Assembly (NCBI GenBank): GCA_902803505.1
Contig: CADCQE010000235.1
Coordinates: forward strand, 1 to 42,309
Direction: 5' to 3'
From: an uncultured Lachnospiraceae bacterium
GTDB lineage: Bacteria > Bacillota > Clostridia > Lachnospirales > Lachnospiraceae
DNA length: 42,309 nucleotides
Below, piece after piece: positions 8,114 through 16,531 of this stretch. Made by a program: the position numbers and the translations under genes. The notes under the pieces were generated by a model, which saw only the letters and a program-made list of their open reading frames with translations, did no database searches and was not told the origin of the DNA. Position 1 is the first letter of the stretch, and the number at the start of each line of letters is the position of its first letter.

Positions 8114-9745
8114 ATGCCTATAACGGACTTTTTGGAGCGGAATGCGAAGCTCTACGGCGAGGAAGTGGCGCTGGTCGAGATCAATCCGGAGATCCGGGAA
8201 GAACAGCGCGTAACATGGAAGGAATACGAACTGATCCAGCCTACGAGTACAGCATTTTACAGAAGACAGATCACATGGTCTGTATTTGACGAGAAGGCGA
8301 ACCGCGTCGCCAATATGCTCATTGAGCGGGGAATCTCAAAGGGACAGAAATGTGCCGTCCTGCTCATGAACTGTCTCGAGTATCTTCCGATTTATTTTGG
8401 CATTCTGAAATCCGGAGCGATTGTAGTACCCCTCAATTTCCGTTTTACGGCGAAAGAGATTGAATACTGCCTGAACCTTGCGGACTGTGACGTGGTGTTC
8501 TACGGGCCGGAATTCATCGGACGGATTGAAGATATCTCCGGCAAGCTGAAGAATAAGCTGATGTATTTTGTCGGAGACTCCTGCCCGAGCTATGCGGAGG
8601 ACTACTACAGGGCGGCGTCCAATAGTCCCTCTGTCCAGCCGAAGATTCTGGTCACGGATGAAGACGACGGGGCGATCTATTATTCGTCCGGGACCACGGG
8701 CTTTCCGAAAGCGATTCTGCTGAAGCATCAGGCCCTCACCCAGGCGGCCGAGATGGAGGCGAAGCACCACAATACAACGAAGCAGGACTGCTTCCTCTGC
8801 ATTCCGCCTCTTTACCACACGGGCGCGACGATGCACTGGTTTGGCTCTCTCTACAAGGGCAGCCGGGGCGTTCTGCTGAAAGGGCATTCTCCGGAGGCGA
8901 TCTTCCGCGCGGTCTCCGAGGAGCAGTGTACGATCGTGTGGCTCCTGGTCCCCTGGGCGCAGGACATCCTTGCCGCTCTGGACAGCGGAAAGCTCAAGAT
9001 GGAGGATTATCAGCTTAGCCAGTGGAGGCTGATGCACATCGGTGCGCAGCCGGTTCCGCCGTCACTGATCCGTCACTGGATGGAGTATTTCCCGAAGCAT
9101 GATTACGATACGAACTACGGTCTGTCGGAATCCACCGGCCCCGGCTGCGTGCACCTTGGCATGGGCAACACACATAAAGTGGGAGCTATTGGCATTCCGG
9201 GCTACCGCTGGAAATGCAAGATCGTTGATGAAAATGGAGAGCAGGTGGAGCAGGGCGAAGTGGGCGAACTCTGTGTGAGAGGACCGGGCGTCATGGTGGA
9301 GTATTACCACGATCCGGAGGCCACGGCTGAGGTCCTGAAAGACGGGTGGCTCTGCACCGGGGATATGGCGAGACAGGACGAGGACGGGTTCATTTTCCTC
9401 GTGGACAGAAAGAAAGACGTGATCATCTCCGGGGGCGAGAACCTCTATCCGGTTCAGATCGAGTCCTTCCTCGCCGCACATCCGAAGATCCACGACGTGG
9501 CCGTCATCGGCCTGCCCGACAAGCGGCTGGGCGAGATCGCCGCAGCCATCATACAGGTCAAGGAAGGCATGGAGATGACGGAGGAGGAGGTCATGCAGTT
9601 CTGTGTCGACCTGCCCAGATATAAGCGGCCGCGCAAGATTATCTTTGCAGATGTGGTCCGCAATGCGACCGGCAAGATCGACAAGCCGAAGCTCAGGGAG
9701 AGATATAAGGCGGTCCGCATTGTGGAGGAGCAGAATATGAGCTGA
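8114..9745 (+). CDS. Class I adenylate-forming enzyme (acyl/aryl-CoA ligase)
   Basis: YYSSGTTGFPK AMP-binding loop, NYGLSES, TGDMA, DRKKDVIISGGENLYP, NATGKIDK. Confidence 0.93.
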   Translation: MPITDFLERNAKLYGEEVALVEINPEIREEQRVTWKEYELIQPTSTAFYRRQITWSVFDEKANRVANMLIERGISKGQKCAVLLMNCLEYLPIYFGILKSGAIVVPLNFRFTAKEIEYCLNLADCDVVFYGPEFIGRIEDISGKLKNKLMYFVGDSCPSYAEDYYRAASNSPSVQPKILVTDEDDGAIYYSSGTTGFPKAILLKHQALTQAAEMEAKHHNTTKQDCFLCIPPLYHTGATMHWFGSLYKGSRGVLLKGHSPEAIFRAVSEEQCTIVWLLVPWAQDILAALDSGKLKMEDYQLSQWRLMHIGAQPVPPSLIRHWMEYFPKHDYDTNYGLSESTGPGCVHLGMGNTHKVGAIGIPGYRWKCKIVDENGEQVEQGEVGELCVRGPGVMVEYYHDPEATAEVLKDGWLCTGDMARQDEDGFIFLVDRKKDVIISGGENLYPVQIESFLAAHPKIHDVAVIGLPDKRLGEIAAAIIQVKEGMEMTEEEVMQFCVDLPRYKRPRKIIFADVVRNATGKIDKPKLRERYKAVRIVEEQNMS

Positions 9746-9751
9746 ATAAAA

Positions 9752-9763
9752 GTTACTATTCAC
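9752..9763 (+). repeat. End motif of dispersed element family 2 (GTTACTATTCAC)
   Basis: Exact reverse complement of GTGAATAGTAAC at 14172-14183. Confidence 0.6.
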
Positions 9764-9768
9764 TGCCA

Positions 9769-9829
9769 ATCTGCAATCAGGTACTGTCTCATCATGCTTG
9801 TATGAATGAGACAGTACCTGATTGCAGAT
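9769..9829. repeat. Perfect 24-bp inverted repeat between convergent genes
   Basis: atctgcaatcaggtactgtctcat (9769-9792) / atgagacagtacctgattgcagat (9806-9829), 13-nt loop. Confidence 0.9.
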
Positions 9830-9844
9830 AAGGCCTGTGAAGAA

Positions 9845-9938
9845 GGCCCCTCCCCCTACAGCCTCAGACATAAGCAGCTTTCGCTGCGGCATACGTGCGA
9901 AGCACGGATGGTCTGTGGCCTGTAGCGGGAGGGGCCGT
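9845..9938. repeat. Multi-branched inverted-repeat element (family 2), possible bidirectional terminator
   Basis: ggcccctccccctacagcctcagac pairs imperfectly with gtctgtggcctgtagcgggaggggcc and encloses hairpins gcagc-tttc-gctgc and cgtgc-gaa-gcacg; a T-rich run follows. Confidence 0.75.
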
Positions 9939-9948
9939 TTCTTTTCTT

Positions 9949-11640
9949 TTAGTTGGCTTCATTTAGCAGCTTCCGGTCATATTTCTTCTTCTCGAGACGC
10001 TCCTCGAATTCAAATCTCGGCATCGGCCTGTCGAAGAGGAATCCCTGAATCGTGTAGCAGCCGATTTTCTGGAGAAGCTGCAGCTGATTCAGATGCTCGA
10101 CTCCTTCGGTGACGACTTTGATATCGAGCTCCTTCGCCATGTCCACAATATTGTGCAGTACAATTTCGTCTTTTTGCGTGATGCAGTCGTTGGAGATGAA
10201 GCTGCGGTCGATCTTAATCACATTTACCATGAAGTTCCTGAGCGTGTTGAGCGAAGAATAACCGCTCCCGAAGTCGTCGATAGCTGTCTCGATGTTCATA
10301 TTGTGCATCAGGTTCAGGAACTGGATGAGCTTCGCGGTCTCTTCTTCACTGGTAGTCTCCGTGACTTCGATCTGAATGTATTTGCGGTCTATGCCGCTGC
10401 GGTCGATGATGTTCACGATCTTCTGGGCCAGAAGGGGATCGGAGATATCTCTTCTGGAGAAATTGACGGACACGGTTACAGGCTCGAATCCGCGCCTGAG
10501 CCAGTCCTTGATATCAGTGCAGGTCTGCTCCAGCACATAGAGGTCCAGCTCAGTGACCGTCCCTTCCCTCTCGACCAGGGGAATGAAATCGGCGGGCGAG
10601 ACGATCTTCCCGTCCCAATACCAGCGGACAAGGGCTTCCGCACCGATGAGCGTATAGGTCTTGGTGTCTACTTTAGGCTGATAATAGATGACAAACTCGT
10701 TGTTCTGCAGCGCGTCGCGGAAATGAGAGCTGATCTGCTTCTCCCAGAGGATCTTTGCTCTCATCTCGTCCGTCGCAAAGAGATAGGGTTTGTTCATGTG
10801 ATTCTTGGCGAGCTGAAGGGCGAGCTGGCAGCAATCGACCACTTGTCCGGGACTCTGGAGGGAGTCTTCGATCATCATCACACCGGCCACGGCTTCCACG
10901 CGAACGGGAACGCGGCGACCCTCAATGGTTCCGTAGATCACAGTGCCGCTGAGGATGTTGAGAAATTCCTGTACTCTGCCTTTTTGAATGAGAGCGGCGA
11001 AATTGTCCCCGCCGAAGTGGGAGAGGATCTCGTCTTCCTCGACGAATCCATCCAGGAACTTTGCGTAGCGCTTCAGGATGTTGTCGCCCTCGCGCTTCCC
11101 GAAGCGCCGGTTGGTCAGGCCGAAGCCCTTGAGATTGAAGCAGAATCCGGCGTAGTCCGCGAGATTCCCCTCCTCAAAATGCTTGCGGAGTCTTGTGATA
11201 AAACCGCCGGAATTGGGAAGACCGGTGAGGTAGTTGGTCATGACGATCTCCTTCATCTTGCCGATGAGGCGGAATCTGCCGTTGTGCAGATAGACAAGGT
11301 CAAGGACAGTATCGATATCTTTGAGATCCTCCTCTGTCCAGAGCCGGGAGGCGCTTCCGTCCTGCCAGACACTGTAGACAACCAGGGCCCCTTCGGCTGT
11401 CCGGTAGGATTTCTCATAGCAGGGTTCTCCTGTGACAACGCCTACCTTGCTGAAGAGAACAATGTCCTCTCTCTGGCCGTGGGGTGTGGTAGATGTCGGG
11501 GCAAGACAAAAATTAGAGCTGACCTTCCCGATCCCGAGCTTCCCCGCGATCTGTTCAATTGCCAACCCTGAGATTTCAAAAGTATTCTCGCTGCTCTCCA
11601 GCACTTGCAAAAAACGCGAGAACTCGTCACAGCAAAGCAT
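9949..11640 (-). CDS. GGDEF-EAL protein (probable c-di-GMP phosphodiesterase; GGDEF variant GGDNF)
   Basis: NYLTGLPN, HFGGDNF, YYQPKV, AEALVRW, IEVTE, AIDDFGSGYSSL, IKIDRSF, VTEGVE. ATG at 11640 with GGAG SD. Confidence 0.92.
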   Translation of the reverse strand: MLCCDEFSRFLQVLESSENTFEISGLAIEQIAGKLGIGKVSSNFCLAPTSTTPHGQREDIVLFSKVGVVTGEPCYEKSYRTAEGALVVYSVWQDGSASRLWTEEDLKDIDTVLDLVYLHNGRFRLIGKMKEIVMTNYLTGLPNSGGFITRLRKHFEEGNLADYAGFCFNLKGFGLTNRRFGKREGDNILKRYAKFLDGFVEEDEILSHFGGDNFAALIQKGRVQEFLNILSGTVIYGTIEGRRVPVRVEAVAGVMMIEDSLQSPGQVVDCCQLALQLAKNHMNKPYLFATDEMRAKILWEKQISSHFRDALQNNEFVIYYQPKVDTKTYTLIGAEALVRWYWDGKIVSPADFIPLVEREGTVTELDLYVLEQTCTDIKDWLRRGFEPVTVSVNFSRRDISDPLLAQKIVNIIDRSGIDRKYIQIEVTETTSEEETAKLIQFLNLMHNMNIETAIDDFGSGYSSLNTLRNFMVNVIKIDRSFISNDCITQKDEIVLHNIVDMAKELDIKVVTEGVEHLNQLQLLQKIGCYTIQGFLFDRPMPRFEFEERLEKKKYDRKLLNEAN

Positions 11641-11996
11641 ATATGTTTCTCCAATCAAATAGGATTGTTACCCGGGGAGACTGCTGACTGGATGCAATAC
11701 TCCTCAAAATCCTTTTTTTCAAAAGTAATCCGAACGCAATAAACTAGAAGTATCTTAACACAAATCCAAAATAATACAACATATTTCTGTTTGGAAATGC
11801 ACGAAAAATGCGCTTTGAACTGAATGAAAAAATGGATTTTGAAATCATACGCAAAACTCTTTGCCGAAATGTAAAAATGTTGCATAATGCCGCCCTGCTC
11901 ACAGGCCATGTGCATACAAGAAATACTCGCTTTCCTCACTTTGTCGTGGTATACTCCTTCTAACGTGCTTCGCGCACATTTGGGGAGTATATCACT

Positions 11997-13424
11997 TTGA
12001 AAAAACATACAGGGATTCTCATCTTTCTATTGCTGTTCCTTGCCGCAGTGGGTGCTGCGGTCTGTTTTTATTGCTATCAGGCTGCACCTTATGAGACAAT
12101 TTTCATTGAGGGAACATTTATCAACGGCCGGAATGTCGGGAATATGACCGCCGCGGAGGTGGAGGAGGACATCCGGAGCCGGGTGGAAGACTATCAGCTT
12201 GTGCTTCATTTTGCAGGCGACGCGAAAGAGACGCTTACGATGGAGCAGATCGGCTTTGCCTATTCCCCGGAGGGCAAGGTGCAGAAGATTCTGGAGAGCC
12301 AGAATAAGTACGAGTGGATCCGGGGGAAGCTGGGCCAAACGGCGGAATATACCGTGGGTGAGGCCTTTGTCTATGACGAGCAGAAGCTGAGAGAGGCGCT
12401 GTTCTCGCTCCCGGAGATGAGAGCCGAGAACCAGACGGCTCCGACGGACGCATACATGAGAATGGGCGAAGACCACAGGCTTTCAATTGTCCCCGAAAAT
12501 GACGGATCCCAGATCGATGGAGAGACCGTCTTCGCGGCAGTTAAGGAGGCAGTGGGCAGCGGGCAGCAGGATCTGGACGTCACATCTCTCGGTGTCTACT
12601 CCCATGCAGACGTCCGCTCCGACAATGCCGGGCTGCTGCTTCAGGTCAGTGACCTTAACTCCTACCTCGATGAGGTGATCACCTACACGCTCTATGACGG
12701 CTCGCAGATTGTACTCGATAAGAATACGATGTATACATGGCTGTCGGTGCGGGACGATGATCCGAATTATTACTATTTCAATGTGGATGTAGTTCAGGGA
12801 AAGTGCCGTGACTTCATAGCGGATATGGCCGCGAAGTATGACTATGTCAAGGACTCGGTAGTGTTCCATGCGTCCTGGCAGGGCGACATGACGATGGCCT
12901 GCGCGGATTACGGGCGGGTCATCGACCAGGAGGCGGAGAGCGCCGCCCTCTATGACAGCATCCTGTCGAGGCAGTCCTCCGACCGGACACCGATCTATTC
13001 CCTGGAGCGCGATGCGGACGGGACCTTCGGGGGCACGTATGTGGAGGTCGATATCGAGAGCCAGCACATGTGGTACTATCACGACGGTGATCTCTGGCTG
13101 GAGTCGGATGTGGTCACGGGCAAGGGATCGGATGAATCGAGGCGCACGCCCAAGGGCGTGTTTGACATCTATACAAAGGAGAGGAACAGGACACTGAAGG
13201 GGGAAGTGAATCCCGCTACGGGCAATCCCTCCTATGAATCCTTCGTGAACTACTGGATGCCCTTCTATGAAGGCTGCGGGCTGCACGATGCGACCTGGCG
13301 CGGATCCTTCGGCGGGGATATCTATTGGAACAACGGATCCCACGGATGCGTGAATATGCCCTATGATAAGGCAGGGCAGCTGTATGAGATTCTCGAGGTC
13401 GGGACACCGGTGATTATCATTTGA
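11997..13424 (+). CDS. L,D-transpeptidase (YkuD domain with PG-binding_4-type middle region, N-terminal TM anchor)
   Basis: TTG start after GGGGAG SD; N-terminal hydrophobic helix; YVEVDIESQHM, VVTG, RTPKG, YWMPF, GLHDATWR...GSHGCVN catalytic motif. Confidence 0.92.
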   Translation: MKKHTGILIFLLLFLAAVGAAVCFYCYQAAPYETIFIEGTFINGRNVGNMTAAEVEEDIRSRVEDYQLVLHFAGDAKETLTMEQIGFAYSPEGKVQKILESQNKYEWIRGKLGQTAEYTVGEAFVYDEQKLREALFSLPEMRAENQTAPTDAYMRMGEDHRLSIVPENDGSQIDGETVFAAVKEAVGSGQQDLDVTSLGVYSHADVRSDNAGLLLQVSDLNSYLDEVITYTLYDGSQIVLDKNTMYTWLSVRDDDPNYYYFNVDVVQGKCRDFIADMAAKYDYVKDSVVFHASWQGDMTMACADYGRVIDQEAESAALYDSILSRQSSDRTPIYSLERDADGTFGGTYVEVDIESQHMWYYHDGDLWLESDVVTGKGSDESRRTPKGVFDIYTKERNRTLKGEVNPATGNPSYESFVNYWMPFYEGCGLHDATWRGSFGGDIYWNNGSHGCVNMPYDKAGQLYEILEVGTPVIII

Positions 13425-13425
13425 T

Positions 13426-13447
13426 GTGGGACAGGGGGACGGTTCTC
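13426..13447 (+). repeat. Half copy of REP-like GAGAACCGTCCC family
   Basis: gtgggaca-gggggacggttctc just after the LDT stop codon. Confidence 0.65.
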
Positions 13448-13494
13448 AATAGTCTGGTATTATGTCAACTTGGAAGCATCCCCCTGACTTGCCT

Positions 13495-14124
13495 TTACAT
13501 CGTCTCCAGCACTTCCAGCAGCTCCAGGGGCGAGTGAATGACCGCATCGGGGCTTGCGACTTCGCCGAACCCATAGGCCGCGAAGATGAAGGGGAGCCCC
13601 AGCGCTTTCGTGGAATTGTAATCCCCCATGGTGTCGCCCACATAGACGGGGGCAGGTACATGGTTCTTTTCAATCAGGATGCGCATGGTCTCGGACTTGC
13701 CGACGCCGGTGTCTCCGGCACAGAGATGATCGGTGACGAGCGGACTGAGGCCGCTGGTACCAAGCAGGGTCTCGATGTAACCCTGTAGGCAGTTGCTCAC
13801 AATATAGATGGAATGTCCCCGTTCGGTAAGCGCACGGAAGAGCTCCGGCACGCCGTCGTAGACAGCCGGCGGGTCCTCCGGCAGCATGACATTCTCGAGC
13901 TCGCAGGCGCGGAAGGCAATAGAGACCGCCGTATCGAGGGGAAGCTCCGGGAAGAGAGACTGCCCGATGTCCTCGAGAGTCTTGCCGAATTCTTTTTTCA
14001 GCCGCTCACTTGTGATGCGCTCTCCGGATACGTGGTGCTCCTCACAAGCTTTGTGCCAGGATCTCAGCACTTTCTCAGTGGAATCCCAAAGTGTTCCGTC
14101 TACGTCAAAGATGACTCCTCGCAT
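13495..14124 (-). CDS. HAD-superfamily hydrolase (phosphoglycolate-phosphatase-like)
   Basis: MRGVIFDVDGTLWDS motif I, IVSNC motif II, YVGDTMGD motif IV. ATG at 14124 with AGGAGG SD. Confidence 0.9.
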   Translation of the reverse strand: MRGVIFDVDGTLWDSTEKVLRSWHKACEEHHVSGERITSERLKKEFGKTLEDIGQSLFPELPLDTAVSIAFRACELENVMLPEDPPAVYDGVPELFRALTERGHSIYIVSNCLQGYIETLLGTSGLSPLVTDHLCAGDTGVGKSETMRILIEKNHVPAPVYVGDTMGDYNSTKALGLPFIFAAYGFGEVASPDAVIHSPLELLEVLETM

Positions 14125-14153
14125 CTCGCTGTCCTCCTGTATGGATCTTGTCC

Positions 14154-14183
14154 CCTGTAGCGGGAGGGGCCGTGAATAGTAAC
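14154..14183 (+). repeat. Copy of dispersed element family 2
   Basis: cctgtagcgggaggggccgtgaatagtaac; the first 20 nt are identical to 9919-9938. Confidence 0.8.
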
Positions 14184-14233
14184 CCCGGTTATGGATCATA
14201 TCCGAAATTGTTTCCGTTAGAGGAGAGTAACAT

Positions 14234-15331
14234 ATGCAGGATGCATTTGTAAAGCCGCTGCTTGAGTGGTATCAGACCGCAAAGCGCGATCTGCCCTGGC
14301 GGCACACGAAGGATCCGTACTCCATCTGGATCTCTGAAATCATGCTGCAGCAGACGAGAGTGGAGGCTGTAAAGGGGTATTACACCCGCTTTCTTGCCGC
14401 TCTGCCGGATGTCCGCGCTCTGGCTGGGTGTCCCGAGGATGTCCTCATGAAGCTCTGGGAGGGCCTCGGCTATTACAGCCGGGCGAGAAACCTGAAGCGC
14501 GCCGCCGGGCAGATCATTGCGGACGGGGGCCATTTTCCGGAGACGAGAGAGGAGCTCCTTAAGCTCAAGGGAATCGGGCCTTACACTGCCGGCGCGATCG
14601 CTGCAATTGCATTCGGTCAGCCCACTCCGGCAGTGGACGGCAATGTACTGCGGGTATATGCCCGGATGAATGCGATGAAAGAAAATGTCCTTGCGCCGGG
14701 AGTCCGGAAGCGGGCAGAGGAGGAACTTGGGCGCGCGATGCAGGGACTTACCGCATCAGAGAATGGGGACTTCGTCCAGGCAATGATCGAGCTCGGAGCC
14801 ATTGTCTGCGTGCCGAACGGGGAGCCTCTTTGCGGGCGCTGCCCGGCAGCGGATGATTGTGAGGCGCTAAGGCTCGGAATACAGGCGGAGCTGCCCCTCC
14901 GCAAAAAGGACACGAAGCGCAGAATCGAGAAGCTCACGGTGCTGCTGGTGAGGGACGGCAGCAGGACCGCAATCCGGCGCAGGGCAGAGAAAGGCCTTCT
15001 CGCGGGGCTGTTTGAGTTCCCAAATGTGCCGGGATATCTAGACAGAGAGGCTGCGGTAAGGTATATTGAGGAACAGGGCATTGAGGTCCTCCGGATCCGG
15101 GAAGCCGGGGAAGCGAAGCATCTGTTCTCTCATGTTGAGTGGCACATGAGCGGGTATGAGATCAGAGTTGCGCCCCTTGATGAGGGAATTTCGGAATCCG
15201 GGCAGTGGCTGTTCGTGGAAAATGATGAGATTGAGAAGCGGTTTGCGATCCCTTCAGCATTTTCCACTTATGCAGATTATCTGGCGCTGCATACCGCCCC
15301 ATTCGCTCAAAATTGTAAAGGGAAGGGATAA
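14234..15331 (+). CDS. mutY: A/G-specific adenine DNA glycosylase
   Basis: RDLPWR, WISEIMLQQT, WEGLGYYSRARNL, HhH LKGIGPYTAGAI, VDGNVLRV, 4Fe-4S CVPNGEPLCGRCPAADDC, C-terminal NUDIX-like domain. Confidence 0.95.
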   Translation: MQDAFVKPLLEWYQTAKRDLPWRHTKDPYSIWISEIMLQQTRVEAVKGYYTRFLAALPDVRALAGCPEDVLMKLWEGLGYYSRARNLKRAAGQIIADGGHFPETREELLKLKGIGPYTAGAIAAIAFGQPTPAVDGNVLRVYARMNAMKENVLAPGVRKRAEEELGRAMQGLTASENGDFVQAMIELGAIVCVPNGEPLCGRCPAADDCEALRLGIQAELPLRKKDTKRRIEKLTVLLVRDGSRTAIRRRAEKGLLAGLFEFPNVPGYLDREAAVRYIEEQGIEVLRIREAGEAKHLFSHVEWHMSGYEIRVAPLDEGISESGQWLFVENDEIEKRFAIPSAFSTYADYLALHTAPFAQNCKGKG

Positions 15332-15332
15332 T

Positions 15333-16352
15333 ATGAAAGTATTGACTGTAGCAATTCCATGCTACAACTCGGAAGATTATATGCGCAAGGCCATTGACCA
15401 CGCCCTCGTGGGCGGAGATGACGTCGAAGTGCTTGTCATTGACGACGGATCTTCGGACAGCACCCTGGAGATCGCTATGGACTATGAGCAGTGCTATCCG
15501 AATGTGGTCCGGGCCATTCATCAGGAGAACAAAGGCCACGGAGGAGCCGTGAACACCGGGATCCGTGAGGCCCGGGGGATCTTCTTCAAGGTCTGCGACA
15601 GCGACGACTATCTGGACTATGATTCCTATATGAAAATGCTGGAGGCGCTCCGCAAGGTGATCAGCGGGCCGGCCACGCTGGATGTATTTATCAGCAATTA
15701 TATCTACGATAAGGTCGGTGCCAGAAAAAAACGCATGATGCGCTATGTGGGCTCTTTCCCGGAGGAACGGGTCTTTACCTGGGATGAGATCGAGAAACCT
15801 CTCAATTCCCACCGCTACATGCTGATGCACTCGCTCACCTATCGCACGGAGCTCCTGAGAGAATGCAATTTCGAGCTCCCTGAGCACACCTTTTATGTGG
15901 ATAACCTGGTGGCCTTTACACCGCTGATCTATGCGAAGACTCTGTATTATCTCAATGTGCCGCTCTACCGCTACTATATCGGCCGGGAGGGGCAGTCGGT
16001 GAACGAGGACATCATGATCAAGCGCATCGACCAGCAGCTCAAAGTGACACGTCTCATGATCGACAGCTACCGCCCGGACCTGATCAAGAAGAAGAACCAG
16101 GCGGACATGCTCATTCACTACCTGCAGATCATTATGACCGTCTCAACGATCCTTCTTTTGCGCATGGACACAGAAGAGTCCCGCAAGATGAAGAAGGATC
16201 TGTGGGATTACCTGAAGAAGAAGGATCTCTTCCTATACATCCGCATCCGTTACGGTTTCCTTGGAAGAATGATCAACATGCCCGGCGAGGCAGGCCGCAA
16301 GATCGCGATTGCGGGATATCACCTGACCCAGAAATTCTACGGATTCAATTGA
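15333..16352 (+). CDS. Glycosyltransferase family 2
   Basis: MKVLTVAIPCYN, IDDGSSD, ENKGHGGAVNTG, CDSDD. ATG at 15333, one base after the mutY stop. Confidence 0.92.
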   Translation: MKVLTVAIPCYNSEDYMRKAIDHALVGGDDVEVLVIDDGSSDSTLEIAMDYEQCYPNVVRAIHQENKGHGGAVNTGIREARGIFFKVCDSDDYLDYDSYMKMLEALRKVISGPATLDVFISNYIYDKVGARKKRMMRYVGSFPEERVFTWDEIEKPLNSHRYMLMHSLTYRTELLRECNFELPEHTFYVDNLVAFTPLIYAKTLYYLNVPLYRYYIGREGQSVNEDIMIKRIDQQLKVTRLMIDSYRPDLIKKKNQADMLIHYLQIIMTVSTILLLRMDTEESRKMKKDLWDYLKKKDLFLYIRIRYGFLGRMINMPGEAGRKIAIAGYHLTQKFYGFN

Positions 16353-16361
16353 GGTATATAG

Positions 16362-16395
16362 TGTGGGTCGCCGAGAATCGTCCCTGTGACCCACA
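16362..16395. repeat. REP-like hairpin (GAGAACCGTCCC family), probably also the mutY-GT2 terminator
   Basis: tgtgggtcg-cc-gagaatcgtccctg-tgacccaca followed by tttt. Confidence 0.8.
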
Positions 16396-16404
16396 TTTTG
16401 TACT

Positions 16405-16433
16405 TTGACTCGTAATGACGAATGTGTTACAAT
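16405..16433 (+). promoter_or_regulatory. Sigma-A-type promoter for the surface protein
   Basis: TTGACT-N17-TACAAT with extended -10 TG. Confidence 0.65.
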
Positions 16434-16531
16434 CAATCCGTATATCATAACAGCCTTGCAACAGGTATGCTGGGGAGTTTACCTGAGGCAGAGGGCTGGC
16501 CCTGCAGGGGCCGTGAATAAGGGGTATTTCC

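Noticed and set aside
10093-11571. Long antisense ORFs (e.g. 10093..11571, 25236..27320, 37674..39263, 23199..24350, 4677..5888)
   Set aside because: They mirror well-supported genes on the opposite strand, as expected from GC-rich codon bias, and show no recognisable domains.
11655-12008. 117-aa minus-strand ORF and a possible c-di-GMP riboswitch in the AT-rich intergenic region
   Set aside because: The composition is that of a divergent promoter region, and I could not find the GEMM-I or GEMM-II consensus by eye. An Rfam scan would be decisive.
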